In this document: positions 11,560 through 22,546 of the stretch, one piece after another
Layout: the number at the start of each line of letters is the position of its first letter
How positions within the stretch are numbered: position 1 is the first letter of the stretch
Made by a program: the position numbers and the translations under genes
Notes under the pieces: model-generated
What the model saw: only the letters and a program-made list of their open reading frames with translations
Database searches by the model: none
What the model was told of the DNA's origin: nothing
Source of the DNA: Eledone cirrhosa
Lineage: Eukaryota
Assembly (NCBI GenBank): GCA_964016885.1
Contig: OZ024742.1
Coordinates: 44,578,001 to 44,642,000, forward strand
Direction of reading: 5' to 3'
DNA length: 64,000 nucleotides

Positions 11560-12320
11560 CTACTACCAATGCTAGTTACAAAAGGCTTTTCCCCAAAAAA
11601 TAAAAGGAAGACTGTATGATGCATGTATACGAACAGCAGTGTTGCATGGTAGTGAGACCTGGGCACTGTGTGCAGAAGACTTGCAAAGATTGGAAAGAAA
11701 TGAAGCTTGCATGCTCCGATAGATCTGTAATGGTAATATACATGAATGGCAAAGCATAAATGAACTGAGAGAAAAACTAGGCATAAGATGAATTAGATGC
11801 AGTGTGCAGAAGAGAAGATTATGTTGGTATGGACATGTGATGCATATGAAGGATGACAGCTGTGTAAAAAGGTGCAGAGCGCTCAAAGTTGATGGAAACC
11901 ATGGAGTGGGGAGGACCCAGAAAGACTCGGGATGAGGTGATAAAAGCTGACCTAGCACAATTGCACCTCTCAAAGATGATGACAGGACTAAGATCTCTGG
12001 TGCCATGCAGTAACACAGAAGACCCACCTTCCCATGGGCACACTGTAAAGTGGTTGTGTAAGTCTCCTGACAAAAAGCACCCAGTCCACACTATAAAGTG
12101 GTCATGTAGCTGTCACAACAAAAAGCACCCAGTATTCACTGTAAATATGGTTGGCATTAGGAACGGCATCCAGCTGTAGAAACCAAGCCAAAATCAGTTC
12201 TGTATGAGCAAGACATGGTCTCCTAATCTGGCATTTCTCATAACAGGACAACTTGTCTAACCCATGCTAGCATGGAAACTGGACGTTAAATGATGATGAT
12301 GATGATGATAATCATCATGA
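11560..12320 (+). mobile_element. RTE-clade LINE, 5'-truncated, degenerate, with (GAT)n tail
   Basis: Plus frame reads KGRLYDACIRTAVLHGSETWA...LERNEACMLR*IC...RRLCWYGHV...GPRKT, the RTE C-terminal region, with stops. The 3' end carries (TGA)n at about 12290-12310. Confidence 0.85.
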
Positions 12321-12949
12321 TCTCTCCTATAGCTTCAGACTGATCAATGCCCTTTAAGTGGAGTTTGGTAAATAAAAATTGCATAAGCTACTTGGAAATG
12401 CAGTGGTCTGTGCTGCCTGTAGCCATTGGTTCTCAAAACAGATGCATAATAAATATTTTTCTTTTCCTTTTGGTGGTGGTAGGGTGACAGGTCTTTTAAA
12501 TATTTATAGTGCTGTACTTTCACTTTCACATCTAAACCTATTTACTGGTGCTAGTGCATGTGAGGGGAGCTTATTCAGGAAAAGTGATCAAGCTGTACAC
12601 CCTATATAGAGTAATATTTTAGGGCAGTGGGTGCTCTTCCCCAGGTGTTCAGTTACAACAAAACCAAACTAAGAGGTGAGTTTGTTCAGCAGAGGTGATC
12701 GTGTTACTCATGCTATACAGAGCAAGGGTTTAGGACAGTGGAAGTTCCTCAGCTCCTGTTGTCCAGCTCTGGTAATATTGAAAATAGGACACCAATGTGA
12801 GTCTTTCTGTGTGTGTATAATAAACATATTTTGCTTTGTCATGTAATTTTCCAACTAAAAGAGGGATGGAAAACCCACCAAAAGAAAAGAACTCCACCCT
12901 ATATAAATCAAGTGTCTGTATTCCAAAGGAGGAGATTGAGAGGAAGTGA

Positions 12950-13135
12950 GAAATACAGAGGAAGAATTAACCCTAGTACTGGACTGGTACATTTTTTATT
13001 TTATTTTTATTTCGAAAGGATGAAAGGCAAAGTTGGCCTCAGTGGGATTTGAACTAAAACAACATATAGAATCGAAATGAATGCTGCAAAACATTCTATC
13101 CAACATTCTAATGACTTGCACCAATTCTCTGCCTA
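12950..13135 (-). mobile_element. tRNA-derived SINE fragment with Meta-like central domain
   Basis: Minus strand has a B-box-like GTTCAAATCC followed by ACTTTGCCTTTCATCCTTTCG...GTACCAGT. Homologous copies at about 26090, 32575 and 32930. Confidence 0.6.
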
Positions 13136-13669
13136 AAGCAAAGCTGTTGGCCCTTAATTTCCCTACACTCTAATGAGGCTATACACCTAACTACAGTTTT
13201 ACCACTGGATGACATCCAGCAATGACTTTTATTTATAAGTTGGTTTATATCAACAGTCATTTTATTGACTGAAGTTTTCTGTCTTAAAGTATTTTCTTGA
13301 TTAGGTTACCATACAATAATTTTATGTATTTTCTTGATTAGGTTACCATACAATAATTTTATGTAAGAACACACTAGTTTTACCATAAATACATAATTCA
13401 TACAATGTGTGTGTATGTATGCATATGTAAAAATATGTTCACACATATCTATACAATGCTGTATGTATGCATATACCAGCACAAATAGAGAGAGAGTGAG
13501 ACATACACAAAAGTGGAACATATTGAGCAAGACATGGTTCTCTGACCTGTGTTATATTAGATTGTTGTGAGTAATTTAACACTAGCATGGAGAGCAAATA
13601 TAAAATAAGGATGATACACATGTTTCAGGCATATATGATATATAAAACCTGCCAGATACAGTACTATAT

Positions 13670-13778
13670 GAGCGAGACATGGTCACCAGATCAATCTTGC
13701 CTCAAGTGGAACAATTCCCGTCTAACCCATACTAGCAGGGAAGATAGACGTTAAACGATGATGATGACGATGATGATG
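13670..13778 (+). mobile_element. RTE-family 3' end fragment
   Basis: GTCTAACCCATACTAGCAGGGAAGATAGACGTTAAAC followed by (GAT)n, the same end as at 12256-12310. Confidence 0.65.
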
Positions 13779-13925
13779 AAACATATATATATATATTATT
13801 GAATAAAATGACAGGAAGCCAGATTGGTGAAATTCCTTTAAAGTTTGATTTTTGCAGACACTATATATATTTCAATGGCCAGCTCTATCCAATGGTGAAC
13901 CACCAATTTCAATGAATATATATAT

Positions 13926-16900
13926 ATGAGTGATGTAAAACTACCGGAAGAATTTACCAATGACCACACAGTAAATATCTATGGGAACACTTTAATCAGT
14001 GAACAAGAACAACAAATCCTAAAGTTACCACCAAAATTTGCCATCTACAAAAAGATTAATCCTATGGAATGCAAAACGGAGCTGGAAAAGTGTTTCACAA
14101 AAATACGTTGGAATGCAAAGGTAAACAACAACAACAATAATAACGGTAGTAGTAATATAAACAATAACTCTGGGTATAGAAATAACAGCCATAACCATAA
14201 CAATGGCAGGAAAGTGAGAAATAGTGATAATGGTAATAATACTAGCGATAGACAGAACAACAACAACCACAATAATAATAATAATAGAAACGTTAACCAC
14301 AGACACAGCAACAGTGACCACAGTAGTAATAACGGTAACAATACGAACAACAACAACAACAATAACCACAGTGGTAATAATGGAAATAGTACATGTAGCA
14401 ACATCAACAAAAACAAGAAACATAATAATAGTAACAACCACAATGGTAGAAATAGCAGTAACAACAACAACAATAACGGTGAAGTAAACAACAATACATC
14501 TAGCAATCATAACAATAATAATATTAATGCTAAGGATAGAAACAACAACAACCACCATGATAACAATAATAGCAACACACACAACTATGACGATAGAAAT
14601 AACGACAACCCCTTAGAGAAACTATTTTTCAACCCAGCTGACAAAACATATAAGATGGGTAATATCTATCCTACGAGGTTACCCTTTAATAAAAGAGTTT
14701 GCATACCACAACAAATAGATGACGAGACGGAGGCACAGTTCACCATAGCTAGAAATAAGATTAGACAAGTAGTAGACAGGTACACTATGAGACAGAGCAG
14801 ACCAGAGGCCCAACAACTTGGGATAAAACCTGTAGAAGGCTTGGTTAGCCTCAAGCAGCGCACAAGGGATGGTGAGGTAGTGTGTCTACCCACAGATAAG
14901 TCTGGTAGGATGTCAATAGATAGCATGCCGAACTACATCGAGGCAATGCAACCCCACATCACCAACACGAGCGAAGTTGCACAACTAACACACGATGGGA
15001 GAGAAAAAATCCTCAACGCTCACATGATGATGTGGACTGACATCCTAAAGCCAAGCAGACGCACTGCCAACAACTTCCAGGCGTCTAACAATGGCATACC
15101 ACCCTTGTATGGGCTCCGCAAAGACCACAAGACAGTCGACGACCCGACAATAGGACCACCAACAAGACCGGTATGCGGAGCTAATATAGCTAGCAACTAC
15201 AGGATCTCCTACTTCCTCTCAATGGTTATACGCCCCATAATCAAGATGTCCCCAGATGTATGTGAAAGTACAGAGGACCTCCTCAGCAGAATCAGTGAGT
15301 GCAACAAAAACAGGAGCCTATCCAACTGCATAATAGGCAGCATGGATGTGGTGTCACTGTACCCATCCATTAACATTGATTTTGCTGTGAAAAGATGTGT
15401 GGAGATGATCATTGAGAGTGAGGTGGAGTTCTGCGACGTCGACACAGACGAACTGGGCCTCCTACTTAGGCTTACCTACGACACTGACTACCTAGACAGC
15501 CATGACCTTAGATGTTTCTGCCCTAGTAGACCTATAAGAGGTAGACCCCCCACCATAACCTCAATGGCTAAAAAGACTCCCATAGGAAGGTGGATTGGGT
15601 GGACCAAAGCTATACGGACCCCCCAAAACACTGATCAGGTAAGAAAAATGGTCGCACATGCAATAGGGGCTAGTATCAAAACTACCCTAAAGGGCCACAT
15701 ATTTAAGTTCAATGAGAAAATCTACACCCAAAATGAGGGAGCAGCCATCGGCGTCAGCATAGCTGGCGATGTTGCCAACCTTTTCATGGTATGGTGGGAA
15801 AGGAGACTTAAAGATCTCCTTAATGAAAGCTCCATAGACCTCATCATGTACTCTCGTTATGTAGACGATATCAATATAGTTATAAGAACACCCCCACTAG
15901 AGAGCACTAACAAGTTTGATTTAGAACGTAGCACGATGGAAAGCATCCAGCAGATAGCTAATTCCATACACCAGAGTATAACTCTAACTATAGACTTCCC
16001 TTCCAAACACCCTAACAATAGACTACCTGTATTAGACACAGAACTCTGGATTAACACTATAGACGAGAGAGCCCAAATTCTCCACTCACACTATGCTAAA
16101 CCCATGGCCTCCAAATACCTGATACTCAAAAACTCAGCAATGTCCAGTAGTGCTAAGTTTAATATTCTGATCGCAGATTTGGTACGAGTGATGAAGAATG
16201 TGTCCAGCATGTGCGACCCAACAGAAATGGAAGGACACATCCAACACTTCATCAACCGCATGCAGTTCTCTGGCTACAACCAAAGAGACAGAGTCAGAGT
16301 ATACGAAGGAGCCATGGAAAAGTATAAGACCCTCATAGAACTGGACATGAAAGGAATTTGCCCACTATACAGGAGCAAATCATGGAATAGCTTAGATAGG
16401 GCTAGACATAAGATAGGGAAGGCCACATCATGGTACGACAACCAGAGATATCAGAGTGTCATGTTTGTGGACGCCACCCCTGGAGGGAAATTAGCTAACC
16501 AGTGTAGAAAGGCCCTGAGAAAGACCCACTTAAAAATAAAGGTGGTAGAAAAGCCAGGAACCACCATAAAATCCCTGATCAGCAAAACCTACCCTTTTAA
16601 GAAAACCCACTGTACCAATAGGAAATGTATCATATGTAAGGTGAACCCCCGGATAAACTGTAAAACTAGAAACGTAGTCTATAGCATAAGATGTACAGAG
16701 GGTACTTGCAGAAACACGACAACAACATACATAGGTGAGACAGCTCGTAGCATAGGTGAAAGGATAGACCAACACTGGGGGGAACTAAAAGGACGAAAAA
16801 ACGGGTCAGTACTATACGAACATGCTAGACAACATCATGACGGTAACATAGACAACATAGAAATTAGAATAATATCTAAACATAGGAATGACCCAGCAGA

Positions 16901-17015
16901 TAGGCAAATCAGAGAGGCCAGTGAAATAGAAATTAGAAGACCAAAGCTAAACAGAAAGAATGAGTGGAACAACAACAACACCCAAACAAACAACACTGAC
17001 CTAAGAGAAGTATAA
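13926..17015 (+). CDS. PLE polyprotein, 1029 aa uninterrupted: Asn-rich insert, RT, Cys-rich linker, GIY-YIG endonuclease
   Basis: PTDKSG, LYGLRKDHK, RPV, SMDVVSLYPSI, QNEGAAIG, RYVDD, LPVLD. Linker CTNRKCIIC. EN NVVYSIRC...YIGETARSIGERIDQH...H...RQIREA...LN. The ATG sits at the (TA)n junction and is probably not the native start. Confidence 0.92.
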   Translation: MSDVKLPEEFTNDHTVNIYGNTLISEQEQQILKLPPKFAIYKKINPMECKTELEKCFTKIRWNAKVNNNNNNNGSSNINNNSGYRNNSHNHNNGRKVRNSDNGNNTSDRQNNNNHNNNNNRNVNHRHSNSDHSSNNGNNTNNNNNNNHSGNNGNSTCSNINKNKKHNNSNNHNGRNSSNNNNNNGEVNNNTSSNHNNNNINAKDRNNNNHHDNNNSNTHNYDDRNNDNPLEKLFFNPADKTYKMGNIYPTRLPFNKRVCIPQQIDDETEAQFTIARNKIRQVVDRYTMRQSRPEAQQLGIKPVEGLVSLKQRTRDGEVVCLPTDKSGRMSIDSMPNYIEAMQPHITNTSEVAQLTHDGREKILNAHMMMWTDILKPSRRTANNFQASNNGIPPLYGLRKDHKTVDDPTIGPPTRPVCGANIASNYRISYFLSMVIRPIIKMSPDVCESTEDLLSRISECNKNRSLSNCIIGSMDVVSLYPSINIDFAVKRCVEMIIESEVEFCDVDTDELGLLLRLTYDTDYLDSHDLRCFCPSRPIRGRPPTITSMAKKTPIGRWIGWTKAIRTPQNTDQVRKMVAHAIGASIKTTLKGHIFKFNEKIYTQNEGAAIGVSIAGDVANLFMVWWERRLKDLLNESSIDLIMYSRYVDDINIVIRTPPLESTNKFDLERSTMESIQQIANSIHQSITLTIDFPSKHPNNRLPVLDTELWINTIDERAQILHSHYAKPMASKYLILKNSAMSSSAKFNILIADLVRVMKNVSSMCDPTEMEGHIQHFINRMQFSGYNQRDRVRVYEGAMEKYKTLIELDMKGICPLYRSKSWNSLDRARHKIGKATSWYDNQRYQSVMFVDATPGGKLANQCRKALRKTHLKIKVVEKPGTTIKSLISKTYPFKKTHCTNRKCIICKVNPRINCKTRNVVYSIRCTEGTCRNTTTTYIGETARSIGERIDQHWGELKGRKNGSVLYEHARQHHDGNIDNIEIRIISKHRNDPADRQIREASEIEIRRPKLNRKNEWNNNNTQTNNTDLREV

Positions 17016-17284
17016 ATAAATAAGTAAATTAAATTAAATAAAATAAGATAAATAAATACATACACAAGCACATAAACACACACTAGTCACCCAGCAGACA
17101 ACACTATACACACTAGTCACACATCACACATAACACTATACACACACGCAAACGCATGCGCAAAGAAGACAAAATAAAATAAGATAAACAAACAAGCAAA
17201 TAAATAAATAAATAAATATATAGACAGACTGAACAAAAAAATGGCGTAGACATACAACACAACAGGAGGAACAATGAATATAAC

Positions 17285-17325
17285 ACCACTGACGATGTTG
17301 CAGATGTGCAACGAAAGATTTATGT
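17285..17325 (+). ncRNA. Minimal type I hammerhead ribozyme motif in the PLE1 pseudo-LTR
   Basis: CTGACGA at 17289-17295, stem II GTTGCA-GATG-TGCAAC, GAAA at 17313-17316. The near-palindromic AGATTT forms a minimal stem III with a TTA triplet. Stem I is weak. Confidence 0.65.
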
Positions 17326-17529
17326 AAACTATATATATATGTGTTTGTCTATATTGTATCTGTATTATTTTTGACCGCCGGTCAGTCAATGGCAACATTG
17401 AGGACCGAGTAAGTTAGATCGCAGATATATATATATAAAAGACAGCGAGAAGCGAAAACCAACCAAACAGTGAGTGTGTTCTGTTATTAATTCTGGCAAT
17501 ATTACGCAAATATGACCCTCCCCAAATAT

Positions 17530-17533
<4 letters not shown>

Positions 17534-17572
<39 letters not shown>
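17534..17572. repeat. (TA)n microsatellite at the PLE1 3' junction
   Basis: Read directly. Confidence 0.95.
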
Positions 17573-17575
<3 letters not shown>

Positions 17576-18638
17576 TACCCCTGGCATTTGTGACCCCAGT
17601 TATTTGCAAAATTTTCCTTAGAACCTAACTAATAATTGTTTGTGAAAACCATAGCATATTTTCAGAATTGTAAATATCTTCCACAATTTTTTATGGATTT
17701 TTTTCGTGGTAACATATTTTTTCATGCTTTTTAACGCTAAATCATTAATAACAATATACCATATTTGCTGGCCTATATTTTACGTTATGTTTTGGCATTT
17801 ATAGGCAGGTGCTCTAGGACAACTGTATATATATATATATATTAATTTATAAAGTTAACTGTCTCTAATACATAGACATCTCAATGAAAGGATAATATCT
17901 ATTAATAAATTATCTACCCAGAGAAGTAATAAAATATATTAAACATAAGCCAAGATCTCAATTTGGTGGGATATAAGCTAGACTGACTAAAATAAGTCAG
18001 TTTTACTTATACAGTTTCCCGACCATGATTTCTGGAACTCAAAAAAAAAAACAACATTAATCATTCCAAGACATGGGAATAACCAATATTGGAAGAATTA
18101 CAGTTCCTTCATTGGGAAGAGAATTCTTTGGAATAAGGAAAGAAGTTGAATACATATCATACATTCCATGCTGTTGCTGAACCACATGGTGTCAACGTTT
18201 TCTATGGCTGCAGTCCATAGTATCACCAGTAAAATATGTTCAATATTACTATTTGAGTAAGGAACATAAATAAATTTGTTCTAGTATGCCTGGCTTAGGA
18301 AACAAAGAAACAAAATATATCATCCTCATCATTATACTTATGTTGGCATGGATTGGATGTGACTTTTTGAGGCAATGTTTTAAAGCCCTTCTTGGTACCA
18401 ACCCGTTTTGTCATTTCTTACAATATGCAAGCATATGGTGTACCTATTCTTTACACAGCCACTGGATACACACTCTAATCTTATTTCACATTTCAGTGTT
18501 TAATGTAAAAAAAAAAAAACATCAAATGGAAATAAAAATCAACTGATCTATAAGGGAATAAAGGTATCTCTATGTGGTCTCTAGATCTATGACAAATTGC
18601 AACCAAATATCCCTCAAATCATACTGTAGTGACTAAAC

Positions 18639-18968
18639 CAGGTATGGGTAACCTTTTGTGATCAGAGGGACACACTACTAAAACCATTCAAGGTAATTTT
18701 GAAATTAACCCTTTAGCATTTACATTACTCTATATATACTATTGTATTTTTACAGTAAAGGCATAATATCTCATATAATATAGAATCTATGAGAGTTTGA
18801 TATTATTTATTTTGAGAACAATATCTCAACACCTGTATGAGTGGCTGGTTACAGCCAGTTTGAACAGAAAGAGGTGGGAGAATTCTGGCCAAATATAGCC
18901 GGTTTAAATGCTAAAGGGTTAAGCATGCCATTCAGAAAGCCAAATAGGCCATAGTTTGCCTATGGTTG
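18639..18968. mobile_element. Degenerate hAT-type MITE containing a nested piggyBac MITE
   Basis: Imperfect TIRs CAGGTATGGGTAACCT / AGTTTGCCTATGGTTG, with 8-bp flanks GACTAAAC / GTCTAAAC. Confidence 0.5.
18705..18922. mobile_element. piggyBac-type MITE, copy 2
   Basis: TTAA-CCCTTTAGCATTTA ... TAAATGCTAAAGGG-TTAA, perfect TIRs and TSD. Confidence 0.88.
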
Positions 18969-18976
18969 GTCTAAAC

Positions 18977-19297
18977 CAGTGATTCCCAATGTGGGGTGTA
19001 CACCCCACAGAGGGAGGTGGGTGAATATTTAAGGGGGCCATTTGAAAATGATGTTAATGAGAACAAACTTTAGGTTTTACTTTATTACTTTAACTCCAAG
19101 GCAACTTTCATACACATTACTGTCAGAAACTCCTGTCTCACCTGCTCCACAAATGTTATTGTGCTTCTGGCACCACCTATACACCAATAAGTTTACACTT
19201 TGCCGTTGATCATCGCTGTTTTCATATCAAAGTGGGAGGGACAACAATTTTTTAGATGTTGAAGTGGGCATGGTACACAAAAGGTTGGGAACCATTG
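18977..19297. mobile_element. hAT (Charlie-like) MITE
   Basis: TIRs CAGTGATTCCCAA / TTGGGAACCATTG, with 8-bp TSD GTCTAAAC / GTTTAAAC. Confidence 0.72.
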
Positions 19298-20534
19298 GTT
19301 TAAACCCTTTTGGCATCAAACTATCCGAAATTGCCCATGGTTCTATGATAGTAAGTGTTGATATTTATCTAAAATCCTATCATAATTTTATGTTCCAAAC
19401 ACCAGCTTAAATAACGAGAAAATCAGTTATAAATCAAAGTAGAGATAGAAGGCTTTGCCATAAAACTTGACTAAATTTAATAGTCTTAATAATGGGGCTT
19501 ATAAACCCACTGAATGGAAAAAGATGGGTATCAGCAGACATATTTCCTTTACAATTAGTTATATTACTAAATCCTTCGAAATGCTTGATTATTTTCAAAA
19601 TAATTTGAAAATTATATGTAGTGCCCCTTTCATTAGAAATATGCTTTGTCTATAAATTCTTTGATAATGGCTTATGGATTAAATTTGAACTGGGGCTAAA
19701 TGACAATAGTGTGTGAAAAAATTAAAGAAAAAAAAGATATCATCCTATCCCTCCCAAGTGAGAATGGAATGAGCCAAGGAGTAAGACTATATGTTTACTT
19801 GACCCAGGAGATTTAGAAGCCAAATCTCCTTCCTATTATCTTCAAAAGCAAAATACATATCTCCAACGTGGGAGGAATAGCTATAAAATTGTAAATATCT
19901 AAATATTTTTTGAAATACCTTCATTGCTGCCATACAATTGCTAAATTGAAATACCTTCATTGCTGCTATACAATTGCTAAAGTAGTTGGTGGAGTCAGTG
20001 TTGCTGTCACTTTTAATAGTTCTTAAACATTGATTTTGCCATTTCTTTGAAGTTCTGAAACAAGTTGGATGAATTTCAGCTGCCAAAAACCAAATACTTT
20101 ACTACTATTACTACTACTTATCATGATAATTTCTTTATTTGCCACAAGTGACATACAAATTCAAAACACCTAAATACACTAGCATGGAACAAATATTTTA
20201 GGGTGTGTATATACAAACATATTCACACACACACACACACTAAACATATACATACATATGTATATACTTGCATATGGCTACACATGTATATAAATATATA
20301 CATACATATATGCATATGTATACACATACGTATATAAAAACTTTTATACATATATATGTATATACATATTCAAATTATAAGACATCAAATACAAATATCA
20401 ACATAATATTACTTACACCTACACATAATCCTGTGTGTATAATGTTATATTGAATATTTAGTCTTGCAAAGAGTTCTGTCATCTGTCCTCCATTTTCCTG
20501 ATCCTTGTAAGAATATTCTCAATGAAGGAGACAA

Positions 20535-20722
20535 CAAAAAGCACCCAGTACTCACTGTAAATGTGGTTGGCATTAGGAAGAGCATCCAGCTGTAGAAACT
20601 AGGCCCAAATCAGCTCCGGGTGAGTGAAACACGGTCCTTTGACCTGATTCTCTTTCAAAGGGTCAGTCGATCTTATACATACTAGCGTGGAAAATGGACA
20701 TTAAACGATGATAATGATGATA
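20535..20722 (+). mobile_element. RTE-family 3' end fragment
   Basis: AAAAAGCACCCAGTACTCACTGTAAATGTGGTTGGCATTAGGAAG...(GAT)n, matching 12120-12310. Confidence 0.7.
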
Positions 20723-20852
20723 AATCAACAAGTTTCCTAAGAATAAGTCCAGCTACTGTTTCGTCTCCAAGCTCTCCCCTCAAATTCGACAGAATATTCA
20801 TGCCAATTCTTAATATTGACAGTCTTCTACCAGATCTTGTTTTCTTTTCTTA

Positions 20853-21052
20853 TTAACCCTTTAGCTATTATATTTTCATGGTAAAGGCTTTATCTCACAT
20901 AATATATCACATAATATTTAATCTATGAGATCTTGATATTATTTATTTTGAGAACAATACCTTAACATCAGTATGAGTAGTTGTTTACAGTCAGTTTGAA
21001 CAGAAAGAGGTGAGAGAATTCTGGCCAGATATGGCCGGTTTAAATGCTAAAA
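20853..21052. mobile_element. piggyBac-type MITE, copy 3 (right end clipped)
   Basis: TTAACCCTTTAGC start, internal match to copies 1 and 2, ends at TAAATGCTAAA. Confidence 0.75.
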
Positions 21053-21601
21053 GTTTTGGTACAAAACCACCTGAAACCACCTGTATTTCTATGATTCTAA
21101 GCTGTTTATTTTGAAGTGTTTATATCTATCTAAACATCTTCCATCGTAATTCTATATAAGAACCTTTAAGTTGTGTTCCAAACACTAGCTTAATCATTTT
21201 GTTTCCAACCCACCCAAAACTAGTTCTGGTTCTATGAAATAAAACCACCCATTTTAAGGGATTCCTATTTAAATTAAAATCTTCCTATAAAATTTTATGT
21301 TACTATCTTAGTAATGAAATAATCAATAACTTTTGTAAATCTTTTTAATTAATTGAAATAGAGTGCATTTCATTAAAAACACAGTAATGAAAGATGATAA
21401 TGAAAGGATCAATAAGAAAAAACGTTATATCCCACCTAATTTTTGATTATTTTGAAAATCATAGGCAGTATCTTTCATTAAAAATATGGTAATGAAAGGA
21501 TTAACAAAGAATCCATAATCAAGTTATTCTGATATATGGATGCCAGTTGCTGCTTTAAGATTAGCTAGAATTCCTATCAAGTTACATCATCCAATAGTAA
21601 T

Positions 21602-21819
21602 TTAACCCTTTACCATTTACATTACGCTCAATTTACTATTGCATTTTCACAGTAAAGACTTTATCTCGCATAATTATCTCACATAATATAGAATCTATGA
21701 GAGTTTGATATTATTTATTACCTTAACATCAGTATGAGCAGTCAGTTACTGCTAGTTTGAACAGAAGGAGGTGAGAGAATTCTGGCCAGATTCAGCCAGT
21801 TTAAAAACTAAGGGGTTAA
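21602..21819. mobile_element. piggyBac-type MITE, copy 4
   Basis: TTAACCCTTTACCATTTAC ... AAAACTAAGGGGTTAA, internal match to the other copies. Confidence 0.78.
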
Positions 21820-22189
21820 GATTAGCCATAATTCCTATCAAGTTACCATCATCCAGTAGTAATATTAAAATTTAGGACTTGGTTTCTTATGTTTAAAAGC
21901 CATGCAGGGCTGTATTGTTTATAAGGTTGTGTAGCCTGAGGGACCCCATAGAGACGAGGGAGCCTATCAAATGGTTTTTGTTTTGCAGAAGCACTCTTAA
22001 TATTGAAGAGCCATAGGGGGCAAAAATAGCTGAAAGCTTAGGAGCCAAGCCATGGGTTAATATGGCCCAGCAGCCGTGGGTGAATTGCCAAACTAAAAGT
22101 TAAAGGTTCATCCTTGGCAGCTAGTTTCATTACTAGATTACTGGTGCATTAACATTGTTTCACTTCAGAGATACACTGTACAGGGAATG

Positions 22190-22250
22190 TAATATAGTTC
22201 AATGGTTAAATCTGTTTTGCAATCAAAAGGTTCCTGGTTCAATCTCACTC
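22190..22250 (+). mobile_element. tRNA-derived SINE head remnant
   Basis: A-box-like TAGTTCAATGG and B-box-like GGTTCAATC at tRNA-like spacing; no full cloverleaf. Confidence 0.4.
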
Positions 22251-22546
22251 TGTGTTTATCAAAGACATTATATTTGTCATATTATTCTGAAAGAATTGTG
22301 AGCAATTTGTAATGTTATTTATGTATATATATATAAGAATTAAAATAATTAATTAAAAGAATTAAAATAAATGTATATATATATATATATATATATTATT
22401 TAATTTTTAAAAATACAGTAACAAAAGTATTTTTAAAAATAAATTTTTTTTTTCATATTTTTTAATAATTTATTTGATAAAAAGGATAGGCAAATAGAAT
22501 ATGCCACTATTTAATTACTCATAATTACACATTAAAAAAATTAATA

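Larger units (their letters stand above)
13926..17538 (+). mobile_element. Penelope-like element 1 (C-terminal EN+), 5'-truncated, with 3' pseudo-LTR, inserted in (TA)n
   Basis: PLE RT + GIY-YIG ORF. The 3' region holds a hammerhead and the ORF start, and both ends abut (TA)n runs. Confidence 0.9.

Noticed and set aside
19787-20086. 99-aa ORF containing a 36-bp tandem duplication (19910-19981)
   Set aside because: No recognisable domain and a non-ATG start. The duplication is a common local slippage event, and a similar 37-bp one lies at 13289-13364.
20100-20150. Short match to the Tx1 3' terminus (ATTTCTTTATT..CCACAAG) next to a (CTA)n-like tract
   Set aside because: Too short to call confidently; at most a tiny relic.
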